This document shows positions 37,925 through 47,222 of a DNA stretch of 64,000 bases, piece by piece; position 1 is the first letter of the stretch; each line of letters starts with the position of its first letter. Location: positions 18,204 through 82,203 of the forward strand of contig JAEUJZ010000141.1 of NCBI GenBank assembly GCA_016794505.1. Reading direction: 5' to 3'. Below the pieces are notes generated by a model. That model was not told the DNA's origin, did no database searches, and saw nothing but the letters and a program-made list of their open reading frames with translations. Position numbers and translations under genes: made by a program. This DNA is from Myxococcales bacterium (GTDB taxonomy: Bacteria > Myxococcota_A > Polyangia > Palsa-1104 > JAEUJZ01).

Positions 37925-37929
37925 TCGCG

Positions 37930-38442
37930 ATGGCTTGGCCCGTGTCTTGGCCGCGGTGCGTTCGCGTGCATGCAAAGGTCGCGTCGCTCTGCTGGATCCT
38001 GGCCCTGCTGACGCTTTTCGCCTGCGCTCATGCCCCGCCGCCGCATCTGCCCTGTCCGGCCGGCAGCGTCGAAGATCCGCGGCGTCAGGCCGCCATCGGG
38101 AGCGTGCTGGCCGAGCAGCCCGCCTTCGCTGGGTCGCGTCTGCCGCGTCTGTGTTTCGTCAGCGGGCAAGGGCGCGGTGTTCTGGTGGGTGAGGCCGCGC
38201 TCGTCGATCCGCAGGCGTCCGATGCCGAGCTTGCCGCGCAGCTTGCCCACCTGACCGTCCACCTGGCCGATCGCCTGGGTGACGGCTGCGCACAGGGGCT
38301 TCCGGCTGCCGTGGAATCCGAGCAGCGCGCCCACGTCGTCGAGTCCCGCCTGCGCGTCGCCTTGTCCCTGCCGCCGGCCCCACCCAGCGCCGCGGCCCTC
38401 GCCGATTACCGCTCGCGCTGCCCGTCCAAGACGACTCGATAG
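37930..38442 (+). CDS. Putative lipoprotein (hypothetical)
   Basis: The ATG at 37930 begins MAWPVSWPRCVRVHAKVASLCWILALLTLFACAHA, a lipobox-like LFAC. This is the only credible part of the 746-aa ORF 36202-38442 listed in the track. Confidence 0.45.
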   Translation: MAWPVSWPRCVRVHAKVASLCWILALLTLFACAHAPPPHLPCPAGSVEDPRRQAAIGSVLAEQPAFAGSRLPRLCFVSGQGRGVLVGEAALVDPQASDAELAAQLAHLTVHLADRLGDGCAQGLPAAVESEQRAHVVESRLRVALSLPPAPPSAAALADYRSRCPSKTTR

Positions 38443-38453
38443 ATGCGGCCATG

Positions 38454-38504
38454 AATACGTTGATAAATAAATTTATCAACGTATTGGTTAATTTTTAATT
38501 AACC
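38454..38504. repeat. Two adjacent perfect palindromes in an AT-rich spacer between convergent genes
   Basis: Positions 38454-38485 read AATACGTTGATAAAT-AA-ATTTATCAACGTATT (15-bp arms). Positions 38486-38504 read GGTTAATT-TTT-AATTAACC (8-bp arms). The surrounding ~90 nt are strikingly AT-rich for this window. Confidence 0.8.
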
Positions 38505-38668
38505 TCGCCAATCACGCATTCCTAACGAATTATTCTATGAACCACCCTATCGTCGCCACCCTGGCTGCCGCCGCCGAACATCGCCACGAATCGTAGCCAA
38601 CGCTTCCGCCCAGCGGATCACTCAGACGGCACCATAGAGTGCGCCGTTGGACGCGTCGCTGCGACGGC

Positions 38669-39664
38669 TTACCGAATGTCGGGAAGGTTCAGGCCGCTTT
38701 GGCTGTAGTCGTTGATGTTCTGGTTGGCCTGCCAAGCCAGGTTCGCCTTGATGTCGTTGTCCACATCACCCAAGGCGAGCGTCTCAAGGCGCAGGTTCAC
38801 GCGGCCGGCATTTGCGCCGCCGGCATTTGGATCGATGCCCCACAGCACACGCGGATCGGCGATCAGCGTGCGCAGCGCAGCGTCTTCGTTGACCTCGTCG
38901 ATCAGGTTGCGCATCGCGGTCTTGTACTCGCCTATCGTATGCACCGTGAGCCCCCAGCCACGGTCCAGCGAGTAGGCATAGTTGAAGCCCATCTCGTCGA
39001 CGTTCATGTTGGACCAGACCTGGACATTGCGAGCGTTGTTGGTGCCGGTGATGCGCTCGAAGACCCAGGCGTGACAGCCCAAGCGGACGTAGCAGTACTT
39101 CCAGCCCACCTGGCTGAGCGCATCGAGATGCCCCTTGGCCGCGATCTTCGTAAGCTGCACATTGTCCACGACCTGCACCCACTTGTTGGCGTCGCGCCCA
39201 TCGGGCAGAAGATCCCGCAGCATGGCCGCGAAGCCGCCGCATGAGTTGGCGTACATGTCGCGAGCGCTGACCCAGGTCTCGTAGTGCTGTCGAGTGATGC
39301 CATTAAATCGCGAGGGATTGAGCTCAGCGCCCATGCCGACGTAGGTATGGGTCATGACGCGCTCAAGCTCCCAGTGGTCGCGCACCTTTTTATGCTCGGC
39401 TGCAAGCTTCATCATCGCGCAGCCGAACGTGCCGAAGCGATCCTCGGTCACCAGCGCCGCAAGCAGCCGCCGCACGCGCTCTCTTCGTCGAGCCCCCTTG
39501 TCGTTTTTGGGCATCGCGCTGCCGATGCTGAGCTGATTCGAAAGCGCGCTCTTGGCGCCGCTGCTAAGTCCCTCATAGACGCCCTTCACGCAATCGGAAT
39601 ACTGCTGCGACGTCATCGCGGTCAGTTCATCGAAGGTATTCGAGACGCGAAAGAACCTGGGCAT
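38669..39664 (-). CDS. Orphan hypothetical protein (331 aa from the ATG at 39664); no family recognised
   Basis: The ORF is open over 38669-39751. The ATG at 39664 gives MPRFFRVSNTFDELTAMTSQQY.... Codon usage is visibly less GC-biased than in the neighbours. There is no signal peptide. AT-rich, hairpin-bearing spacers flank it on both sides. Confidence 0.6.
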   Translation of the reverse strand: MPRFFRVSNTFDELTAMTSQQYSDCVKGVYEGLSSGAKSALSNQLSIGSAMPKNDKGARRRERVRRLLAALVTEDRFGTFGCAMMKLAAEHKKVRDHWELERVMTHTYVGMGAELNPSRFNGITRQHYETWVSARDMYANSCGGFAAMLRDLLPDGRDANKWVQVVDNVQLTKIAAKGHLDALSQVGWKYCYVRLGCHAWVFERITGTNNARNVQVWSNMNVDEMGFNYAYSLDRGWGLTVHTIGEYKTAMRNLIDEVNEDAALRTLIADPRVLWGIDPNAGGANAGRVNLRLETLALGDVDNDIKANLAWQANQNINDYSQSGLNLPDIR

Positions 39665-39917
39665 GTGAGTGATCCCCCGGGCTGAGTCGAGCCTATGCGA
39701 GCCCACGCTGCATGTAGCCGGCCGCATGCCGGATGCGAAGACCCCGCCCACGAATCATACACCGCGCCCGGTATCCGCAGCTCAGGGTGTGACAGACCGT
39801 GCGACGCGCCAGCGAAGCCAGCAGACTGTTGAATGAATCGGCTGCGGGTTACAAACAAACAGACGTGATTTTATCACGCTGTTTATATTGTTTTATCCTT
39901 GCGCAATCGGCCAGTCG

Positions 39918-39937
39918 CCCACGAAAGCCTTCGTGGG
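39918..39937 (-). terminator. Hairpin 20 nt downstream of the boxB stop
   Basis: On the minus strand: CCCACGAA-GGCT-TTCGTGGG (8-bp stem, 4-nt loop). No U-tract follows. A second, imperfect hairpin lies at about 39861-39882. Confidence 0.35.
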
Positions 39938-39956
39938 TCATCCCGACAACGATCCG

Positions 39957-41411
39957 TTACGCGACGATGTGCTTGACGTATTCGAACTCGAAGGGCTGGC
40001 CGTTGATGCCTCGGGCCGGAGGCGCCACCCAGCCGGCGATCTTGCCGGGCTCGGTGACGGGCTTCATCAGCGCCTGGACATACAGGCGGTCGCGCTCGGT
40101 AGGCAGGAAGTGGTCGCGGCGGCGCGTCCAGTCGGCGCTCGACAGCAGGTGGCCGTCGGGGTCAAAGAAGCTGCCCGATTCCATGCCATAGACGCCGATG
40201 TGGCGGTGGAAGCGACGGCTGGGCAGGCGCAGCTTGTGACCCTCGGCGCGCGGGCCCAGGACGCGGTCGAGGGTGCGGTTCCACTTGTCGACGGCGCGCT
40301 GGCAGTCAGCGACGTAGCCGTCGCGCAGGACTTCGTTCATGGCGTTGCGCAGCGGCACCTGCTGCGTTTCCAAGTGGCCATCGGCGTGCGGCACCAGCAG
40401 CTCGTACGTCCCGGTCAGCGCGACGTGATCTTCATAGTGGTCCTGTTCCTTGTAACGACCCTTGAGGCCCGCGGCGAAGAACTCGGCGGCGTTCGACGAC
40501 ACCTCGCCCCCGAACAGGTCTTCCGACAGGCTGAACCACAGGTTCAGGTGGCGCTGGATCATGTCGAGCGGGATGCCCCCCTGCTTCATCACGGACTCGG
40601 GGTCGTCTTTGCCTGACTCGCGCATGAGCTCGGCGGTGCGCTGCACCACGCGATCGACGCCGGTCTCGCCGACGAACATGTGGTGCGCTTCTTCCGTCAG
40701 CATGAACTTGCAGGTGCGCGACAAGGGATCGAAGCCCGACTCGGACAGCGCGCACAGCTGAAACTTGCCATCGCGGTCGGTGAACATCGTGAACATGTAG
40801 AAGTCGAGCCAGCTCTTGATCGGCTCGTTGAAGGCGCCCAGGATGCGCGGCTTGTCGGGGTTGCCGCTTCGGCGTTCGAGCATCGCCTCGGCCTCTTCGC
40901 GCCCGTCTTTGCCGAAGTACGAGTGCAGAAGGTACACCATCGCCCACAGGTGGCGGCCTTCCTCGACGTTGACCTGAAACAGGTTACGCATGTCGTAAAG
41001 CGACGGCGCCGACTGACCCAAAAGGCGCTGCTGCTCGACGGAAGCTGGCTCGGTGTCGCCCTGCGTGACGATGATGCGGCGAAGCTGCTGACGGTACTCG
41101 CCCGGCACCTCCTGCCACGCTGGATCGCCGTAGTGATCGCCAAAGCCGATGATGCGTCCCGGCTCGGGCGGTTCCAAAAAGATGCCCCAGCGATACTCGG
41201 GCATGCGCACGTAGTCGAAGTGCGCCCAGCCGTTCGCCTCGACGGAGATCGCGGTGCGCAGATAGACCTGATCGGCCTGAAAGCCCTCGGGTCCCATCTC
41301 TTTCCACCACGCGATGTAGTTGGGCAGCCACTGCTCAAGCGCCCGCTGCAGCCGCTTATCCGACGACAAGTTGACGTTGTTGGGGATCTTCTCAAAGAGC
41401 TCTACCGACAT
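39957..41411 (-). CDS. boxB: Benzoyl-CoA 2,3-epoxidase (benzoyl-CoA oxygenase) component B
   Basis: MSVELFEKIPNNVNLSSDKRLQRALEQW.PNYI.WW.EMGPE... matches the BoxB N-terminus as I recall it. Di-iron ligand-type blocks are present: EEGRHLW and LTEEAHHMFVGE. The 484-aa length fits. Confidence 0.85.
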   Translation of the reverse strand: MSVELFEKIPNNVNLSSDKRLQRALEQWLPNYIAWWKEMGPEGFQADQVYLRTAISVEANGWAHFDYVRMPEYRWGIFLEPPEPGRIIGFGDHYGDPAWQEVPGEYRQQLRRIIVTQGDTEPASVEQQRLLGQSAPSLYDMRNLFQVNVEEGRHLWAMVYLLHSYFGKDGREEAEAMLERRSGNPDKPRILGAFNEPIKSWLDFYMFTMFTDRDGKFQLCALSESGFDPLSRTCKFMLTEEAHHMFVGETGVDRVVQRTAELMRESGKDDPESVMKQGGIPLDMIQRHLNLWFSLSEDLFGGEVSSNAAEFFAAGLKGRYKEQDHYEDHVALTGTYELLVPHADGHLETQQVPLRNAMNEVLRDGYVADCQRAVDKWNRTLDRVLGPRAEGHKLRLPSRRFHRHIGVYGMESGSFFDPDGHLLSSADWTRRRDHFLPTERDRLYVQALMKPVTEPGKIAGWVAPPARGINGQPFEFEYVKHIVA

Positions 41412-41479
41412 CGTGTGCCTCGCTGCTTCGCTGACTGCGTGCGTGTCTCAAGAAAAACATACCCCGAAGTGGGCGGCTC

Positions 41480-43225
41480 TTACGTCCGCGTCCAGTCAAA
41501 GACGGGGCGCTCGGGCTTGCCATAGCTGCTTAGCGCGCCGCGCTCTCCGGTGGCGTTGGGGCGGATGAAGATCCAGTTCTGCCAGGCGGACAGGCGACCG
41601 AAGATGCGCTGCTCCATGCCTTCGCCACAGGCGGCGGCGCGCAGGTTCTGTTCCATGCCGGTCAGCGCATCAGGCGACAAGCTCAAGCGCTCTTCAAGGG
41701 CCAGGCGCAGGGTGTCAGCAAAGTCGATCTCGTCGGCCAGCACCGTGACCAAGCCCAGCGCATCGGCCGTCTGGGCATCAAATGGCGCGCGGTGTTCCAG
41801 CACCGCTTGCACCTTCTCGGACGCGCCATAAAAACGCACATCCAGGCGGCTGCGTCCGTCGAGAAGCGGCAGCGCTCCACCGTTTAGCGGGCTGGTCGCA
41901 AACTGCGTCGGCGCCCCCGCGTCGTCGAGTACATAGCTGCGATCGGCAGAAAGAAGGATCTCAAGCAAGCTGCCGGCAAAGCAGGTGCCGGGCTCGGCCA
42001 CTGCGAACAGCGTCTTGGACGTCTGATCCAGGCGGCGCAGCGTGCGCGCCATCAAAAGCAGGATCTCGCGAGCCAGCCAGTCCTTTTGCAGCGCCCACAG
42101 CGCGGCATCGGCGCGGACCACTGCGGCCGGATCTCCCTCGGTGCGCAGCACGATCAGGCCGACGGTTGGTTCGTGAAAACGCAGGCGCAAGATGGCGTCG
42201 TCTAGCTCGCGAAAGGCGCGCAGCGCCCAGCTTTGACCGGCTGCTGCCTGCGCGTGCAGCGCCTCGACGGAGTCCGGCGCAGCATAGCCAGCGTCGGGAG
42301 CACGCACGGTAAGCGTCGCCATGCGGCGCGCACGCTCAATCTTCAGCTCGACGTGACGATAGCGAATGCTGTCATCGCGGACCTGCGGCGAAAGCGGCTC
42401 AAGCTCGATGCCGTTCGTCGTCGGTCCCGCGCCGGTCTTCGAAAGAAGCTTCTGCGCTCGCGCTTGCACCGCCTGTGGAAAGCGGCTGCGCGGAGCGATC
42501 TCGTCGACCAGGCGCCAGTCGACGGCGCGCTTGCCACGGATGCCCTCGGCCAGCGTCGAAAAGATGTCGGCGCGATCGCGGCGCACCTGGCGCTTGTCAA
42601 GAAGCCGCGTCAGACCGCCAGTTCCCGGCAGCACGCCCAAAAGCGGCACTTCCGGCAAGGCCACCGTGCTGCTGCCGTCGTCGATCAGCAGGATCTCGTC
42701 GCAGGCCATGGCCAGCTCATAGCCGCCGCCAGCACAGGGACCGCTGACGGCCGCCAGGTACTTCTGCCCGCTCTTCTGCGAGGCATCTTCGATCGCAAGG
42801 CGCGTCTCGTTGGTGTACTTGCAGAAGTTCACTTTGAAGCCGTGCGTCGACGCTGCCAGCATGTGGATGTTGGCTCCGGCGCAGAACACGCGATCGCGGC
42901 CACTGCCCAAGATGACGACGCGCACCTGCGGGTGGGCAAAGCGCAGGCGCTGCACGGCGTCGCACAGCTCAATATCAACCCCCAGATCGTATGAGTTGAG
43001 CTTCAGCGGATAGCCCGGCACCAGCGGCTCGTCCTCGCGCACCGCCATGTCTAGGCGGGCGATCGCGCCGTCGACGTTCAGCTTCCAGTGTCGGTATCGC
43101 GAGGGGTGGGTCTCAAAGCTGGCTGGCACCTTGGCCGCCCCCGAAGACGCGGACCCGTAGCCAGAAGACGAGCCAGAAGACGAGCCAGAAGACGAGCCAG
43201 AAGTGGAAGAAGTCGACGCAGCCAT
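41480..43225 (-). CDS. boxC: 2,3-epoxybenzoyl-CoA dihydrolase (benzoyl-CoA-dihydrodiol lyase), a two-domain crotonase-family enzyme
   Basis: From the ATG at 43225 there is a Ser/Gly-repeat N-terminus. Then follow FETHPSRYRHWKL.VDG.IA.L.M.V.ED, LNSYDLGVDIEL.DA.QR.RF.HP.V and VF.AGANI.ML, with a second crotonase-like half. It is about 580 aa and lies immediately upstream of boxB on the same strand. Confidence 0.8.
   Translation of the reverse strand: MAASTSSTSGSSSGSSSGSSSGYGSASSGAAKVPASFETHPSRYRHWKLNVDGAIARLDMAVREDEPLVPGYPLKLNSYDLGVDIELCDAVQRLRFAHPQVRVVILGSGRDRVFCAGANIHMLAASTHGFKVNFCKYTNETRLAIEDASQKSGQKYLAAVSGPCAGGGYELAMACDEILLIDDGSSTVALPEVPLLGVLPGTGGLTRLLDKRQVRRDRADIFSTLAEGIRGKRAVDWRLVDEIAPRSRFPQAVQARAQKLLSKTGAGPTTNGIELEPLSPQVRDDSIRYRHVELKIERARRMATLTVRAPDAGYAAPDSVEALHAQAAAGQSWALRAFRELDDAILRLRFHEPTVGLIVLRTEGDPAAVVRADAALWALQKDWLAREILLLMARTLRRLDQTSKTLFAVAEPGTCFAGSLLEILLSADRSYVLDDAGAPTQFATSPLNGGALPLLDGRSRLDVRFYGASEKVQAVLEHRAPFDAQTADALGLVTVLADEIDFADTLRLALEERLSLSPDALTGMEQNLRAAACGEGMEQRIFGRLSAWQNWIFIRPNATGERGALSSYGKPERPVFDWTRT
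43160..43207 (-). repeat. 12-bp tandem repeat (about 3.7 copies) encoding the (SSGS)n N-terminus of BoxC
   Basis: On the plus strand, GCCAGAAGACGA occurs three times (43160-43195), followed by GCCAGAAGTGGA. The repeat is in frame and encodes SSGSSSGSSSGSSSG. Confidence 0.85.
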
Positions 43226-43454
43226 GGATGCCCCTTTACCGCATCCGCGCGTCGAAACACAAGCGCCTCTCCCTCGAAACGATCGGCGTGCTGCGGCTTG
43301 GCCGGGCGGTTGGGTTTTGTGGCTGGGGCCGCGCCGAAAACTCGGCCCGGTCTGTCCTTGGCAGCCCTGTCCCGCCTTTGTGCTTCCGAGGCCACGTGAC
43401 CGAGTGATACAATTTCTCGACGGGGATCGGGCCACACTCAGGTCCGCACAGGCC

Positions 43455-45002
43455 ATGCTCAGCGTTGGACAGACGGTTGGAAGTTATCGCGTCACGCGCC
43501 TGCTCGGCGAAGGCGCTATGGGTCAGGTGTTCGAGGGTCTGCAGGAAGAGATCGGCAAGCGCGTCGCGCTGAAAGTCCTGCACCCGCATCTCGCCCAGTT
43601 TCCCGAGGCAGTGAACCGCTTTTTGAACGAGGCGCGGGCGGTGAACCTGATCGGCCACCCCAGCCTGGTGACGATCTTTGAGTCGGGCCGCCTGCCCGAC
43701 GGTGCCGCCTACATCGTCATGGAATACCTGGAAGGCGAGACGCTGTCGGCGCGCATCCAGAACGGCGGCCTGACCATCGCCGACACCATGCGCCTCGGCC
43801 GCCAGATCGCATCCGCCCTAAAAGCCGCCCACGAAAAGGGCATCGTTCACCGAGACCTGAAGCCCGAGAATGTGTTTGTGGTGCGGGATCCTGAGGCGGC
43901 GTCGGGGGAACGGGCGAAGATTCTGGACTTTGGGATCGCCAAGCTCAGCGAGGAACAGCAGGGCAAGGGGGCACTGGTCAAGACGGCGGCCGGCACGATG
44001 CTGGGCACGCCGCTTTACATGTCGCCCGAGCAGTGCGACGGCATGACCCACGTCGACGGCAAGAGCGACGTGTACTCGCTCGGCGTGCTGTTGTTCGAGA
44101 TGCTGACTGGCGAGCCGCCTTTTTCCGGGCTGAGCGTCAACGCTGTGATGCTCAAGCACGTCTCGGCGCCGGTTCCGCATATCCGCGACCGCAACCCGCT
44201 GGTCCCCGATGCACTGGGGCATCTTTTGCGACGGATGATGGCCAAAGACGTCGCGGAGCGCCCAAGCATGGCAGAGGCCGCAGGCGAGCTTGAAGGGCTG
44301 CTGGCGCAGGTGCCGGGAGGCGGCCTCTCGGGGGCCTCGCTGGATGCGCTGGCTCCGACGCTCATGCAGGCACGCAAGACGGGGTCTGGGATGACGGGCG
44401 GAGCCGGGCAAACAGCGCCCGCGAGCGCGCCCGCGGAAAGCGATCCAGTGGCCGTGCGCGGTGCTGTGCCACTGCAGCCGCTGCGTTCATCCGTTGGGCC
44501 TGCCGCCCCTGAAAGCGCAGCGGGCAGCATCGGTCAGGCGCCCAGCGAAGCCTCCCAGCCAACGCGCAAGCGTGCCGTCCTGTTCGTCGGGGGGGGACTG
44601 GCTGTGCTGGGCCTGCTTGGGGCGGCTGTGGCCGTGCTGGCGCCGCGACTCAAGCCACAAAAAGTGCGGCTGCAGGTCGCAATACAGGGCGAGGTCGACG
44701 CCGGTCGCGTGATCTCGGTTCCCGTCGGCATCGACTGTGGCTATGCCTGCAGCGAGCGCTTTGCCAAGGGCACGCGGGTCCATTTGAGCGCAACGCCGGC
44801 TCTCGGGTATGAGTTTGCAGGCTGGTCTGGTGACTGCAGCGACAGCGGGCCCTGCAGTCTGCTTCTGCGCTGGGATCAAGAAGTACAGGCCCGCTTTGTC
44901 CGCAAGGCCCAGAGCCCGTCGCGAGCCAGCAATGCCCCCGCAGCGCCCGCCGCCGGTCCAAGCAGCCCCACCCCGCGCAAAAGCGGCAAAACCAAGCGCT
45001 AA
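43455..45002 (+). CDS. Ser/Thr protein kinase with a TM segment and an extracytoplasmic Cys-containing repeat domain
   Basis: From the ATG at 43455: [44 protein letters not shown]. The TM segment is [22 protein letters not shown]. The C-terminal block [46 protein letters not shown] resembles the G.V.S.P.GI.CG..C...F..G..V.L.A.P..G..F.GWSG.C repeat family (divergent InlB B-repeat-like). Confidence 0.88.
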   Translation: MLSVGQTVGSYRVTRLLGEGAMGQVFEGLQEEIGKRVALKVLHPHLAQFPEAVNRFLNEARAVNLIGHPSLVTIFESGRLPDGAAYIVMEYLEGETLSARIQNGGLTIADTMRLGRQIASALKAAHEKGIVHRDLKPENVFVVRDPEAASGERAKILDFGIAKLSEEQQGKGALVKTAAGTMLGTPLYMSPEQCDGMTHVDGKSDVYSLGVLLFEMLTGEPPFSGLSVNAVMLKHVSAPVPHIRDRNPLVPDALGHLLRRMMAKDVAERPSMAEAAGELEGLLAQVPGGGLSGASLDALAPTLMQARKTGSGMTGGAGQTAPASAPAESDPVAVRGAVPLQPLRSSVGPAAPESAAGSIGQAPSEASQPTRKRAVLFVGGGLAVLGLLGAAVAVLAPRLKPQKVRLQVAIQGEVDAGRVISVPVGIDCGYACSERFAKGTRVHLSATPALGYEFAGWSGDCSDSGPCSLLLRWDQEVQARFVRKAQSPSRASNAPAAPAAGPSSPTPRKSGKTKR

Positions 45003-45024
45003 AAGCTGTGGCCTGTGGGCGTCG

Positions 45025-45582
45025 CTAGCCGCCGCGGCCCCAGTACTCAAAGTGCCAGCGCTCCGATGGGACCGTGCGATAGAAGCCGTAGTCTTCGGCG
45101 TGCCGCTTCAGCCACTTGCGGACGCGCGGCGACCGCGTCTCTAGATCCAGGGCGTGGCCGCTCTGATGGTTCGAACGCCCAGGGCGCGAAGCCAAGGGCC
45201 CGCGACCGCGACGGTACAGGTCGAAGAGTGCCGCTTGCTCGGGCTGCGAGCGAAAGCCGCTGGTCACCTGAAGCTCGATGCCGTCGCGACGCGCGGCGTC
45301 GGCCATGCGCCAGAAGGCCAGCGCAGTGCGCACCTCGGCGCGGACATGGGCGCCAATCGGCACCACCGCCAAGGGCTCGGGGCGCTCGCGGGCCATGCCC
45401 AGGACGGGCTCGGCCTCGATGCCGCGCTCGGCACGGATGCGCGCCGCAAGAAAGGTGGCATCGACCCAGCTTAGGTGGCCCCGCGGCTCGTGAGAGGTGG
45501 ACGCAGCAAGCCCCTGGCTCGCCGGCACTGCGGAGGACTGCAGCGACAATACGGCACACAGAAGTGTAATTGAGCCAACCAT
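45025..45582 (-). CDS. Secreted M15-family (VanY-like) D-alanyl-D-alanine carboxypeptidase
   Basis: It has a signal peptide. The motifs are SGFRSQPEQAALF, SNHQSGHALDL and ERWHFEY, matching the M15B/VanY pattern (S.H..G.A.D plus E.WH.E metal ligands). Confidence 0.78.
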   Translation of the reverse strand: MVGSITLLCAVLSLQSSAVPASQGLAASTSHEPRGHLSWVDATFLAARIRAERGIEAEPVLGMARERPEPLAVVPIGAHVRAEVRTALAFWRMADAARRDGIELQVTSGFRSQPEQAALFDLYRRGRGPLASRPGRSNHQSGHALDLETRSPRVRKWLKRHAEDYGFYRTVPSERWHFEYWGRGG

Positions 45583-45679
45583 TGCTCGAAGAGCATAGCG
45601 AGGTCAGCCACACAATAGAATCCAAAAATTTGACAATTTTCGCAGCTTTACCGGCTGTGCCCGGTCCGCTGCGCCCGGC

Positions 45680-47068
45680 TTAGGTGGCGACGGTGCGTGG
45701 CGGACGCAAAAGGACAAACTCCTCGGCGGCGGTGGGGTGCAGGGCGATCGTCGCGTCGAACTGCGCCTTGGTGGCGCCGCAGGTGATGGCGATGGCCAAG
45801 GCCTGCATGATCTCGGGCGCGTCGGCGCCGATCATGTGACAGCCCAGGACGCGTCCGCTCGGGCGGTCGACGATCAGCTTGATCAGCGTCTGCGTGTCGC
45901 GGCCCGACAGCGTGTGCTTCATCGGCCGGAAGCGCGTGGCATAGACGTCGATGGTGTGGCCGCCCTGCCGCGCTTGCTCTTCGGTCAAGCCGACGCAGGC
46001 CAGGGGAGGAGCTCCAAAGACGGCCGTCGCGACGTTGCGATGATCGACGCGGCTGGGCTGGCCGCCAAACAGCGTGGCAGCGACGGCGCGTCCCTCGGCA
46101 ATCGCCACTGGAGTCAGGTTCAGGCGGTCGGTGCAGTCGCCGATGGCAAAGATGTTGTCGACGGCGGTGCGCGACTCTTCCGAGACGACGATGGCGCCGT
46201 GTTCCGACGGGCCGCGCAGTGCGACCCCCGCTTCGGCCAAGCCCAGGCCCAAGGTGTTGGGACGACGCCCGGTGGCGAATAGAACCACGTCGCTGGCGAT
46301 GCGCTCGCCGCTGCCCAGCACAAGATGCAAATGGCTTGCATCTGCGGATCGCTCGACCGCGGCGACTTGTTCGCCTGTGCGCAGGGTGATGCCGCGCTTG
46401 GCAAGCTCGGTCCCGTAGGCCTGACGTAGCTCTTCGTCGAAGCCGCGCAGCACGGCGTCGCAGCGCACGACCTGGGTGACGTGGGCGCCGGCCCGGCTGA
46501 AGATGCCGGCGAACTCGACGCCGATGTAGCCACCACCGACGATGATCACGCGCGCGGGCAGCGAGCGAAGCGACAGAGCTTCGTCGGATGTGATGCCTAG
46601 CTCGGCGCCTGGGATCTCGGGCTTGTGCGGCGACGATCCGGTCGCGACCAGCAGATAGCGGCCGCGCAGGCGCTGGCTCTTGCCGTCGGCCACGACCTCG
46701 ACGGTGTGGCGATCGAGCAGGCGGGCCCAGCCGTTAAAAAGCTGCACACCGCTATCGCGCAGCATGGATAGATAGACGCCGTTTAGCCGATTGATCTCGC
46801 GATCTTTGGCCGCGATCAGCGTCGGCCAGTCGAGTCGCGCGCCGTCGATCTGCCAGCCAAAGCCTGCGGCATCGTCCAAGTCATCGCGGAAGTGGCTGCC
46901 ATAGACCAAGAGCTTTTTGGGTACGCAGCCGCGCAAGACGCAGGTGCCACCGACGCGTCCGGCCTCGCACAAGGCAACGCGAGCCCCCAGCGCCGCGGCG
47001 CGACGACTGGCCGCCACTCCACCTGAGCCGGCACCAATGACCACCAAGTCAAAGTCGAGAGGTTCCAT
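45680..47068 (-). CDS. gor: Glutathione-disulfide reductase
   Basis: From the ATG at 47068: MEPLDFDLVVIGAGSGGVAASRRAAALGARVALCE..RVGGTCVLRGCVPKK (redox-active CxxxxC). A second Rossmann fold reads VIIVGGGYIGVEFAGIF. The C-terminal block is HPTAAEEFV. The ORF is open to 47137. Confidence 0.85.
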   Translation of the reverse strand: MEPLDFDLVVIGAGSGGVAASRRAAALGARVALCEAGRVGGTCVLRGCVPKKLLVYGSHFRDDLDDAAGFGWQIDGARLDWPTLIAAKDREINRLNGVYLSMLRDSGVQLFNGWARLLDRHTVEVVADGKSQRLRGRYLLVATGSSPHKPEIPGAELGITSDEALSLRSLPARVIIVGGGYIGVEFAGIFSRAGAHVTQVVRCDAVLRGFDEELRQAYGTELAKRGITLRTGEQVAAVERSADASHLHLVLGSGERIASDVVLFATGRRPNTLGLGLAEAGVALRGPSEHGAIVVSEESRTAVDNIFAIGDCTDRLNLTPVAIAEGRAVAATLFGGQPSRVDHRNVATAVFGAPPLACVGLTEEQARQGGHTIDVYATRFRPMKHTLSGRDTQTLIKLIVDRPSGRVLGCHMIGADAPEIMQALAIAITCGATKAQFDATIALHPTAAEEFVLLRPPRTVAT

Positions 47069-47222
47069 TCGCTCAGCATACGAGGCAGGGCCGAGAAATT
47101 GCCGAGCTCTGTGCGAAGTGCCACCTTGCCGCGTCATGCATCGCGGGTTACTTCTAGAAATGAATCGGATGGATGAACCAATAAGCCTTCCCGATTCCCT
47201 TCACCTGCCTTAGGAGTCCGCC

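Noticed and set aside
36202-38442. 746-aa plus-strand ORF, the longest in this part of the track
   Set aside because: It runs out of frame through the DUF1624 membrane-protein gene and the Cys-rich secreted-protein gene, and its translation is Arg/Pro/Ala-rich. Only its last ~170 codons (from the ATG at 37930, with a lipoprotein-like signal) look real.
45165-45185. tRNA T-arm-like GGTTCGAAC sequence
   Set aside because: It lies inside the well-supported M15 peptidase CDS, and no acceptor or anticodon stems can be drawn around it. I found no tRNA, rRNA or CRISPR-like periodic repeats anywhere in the window.
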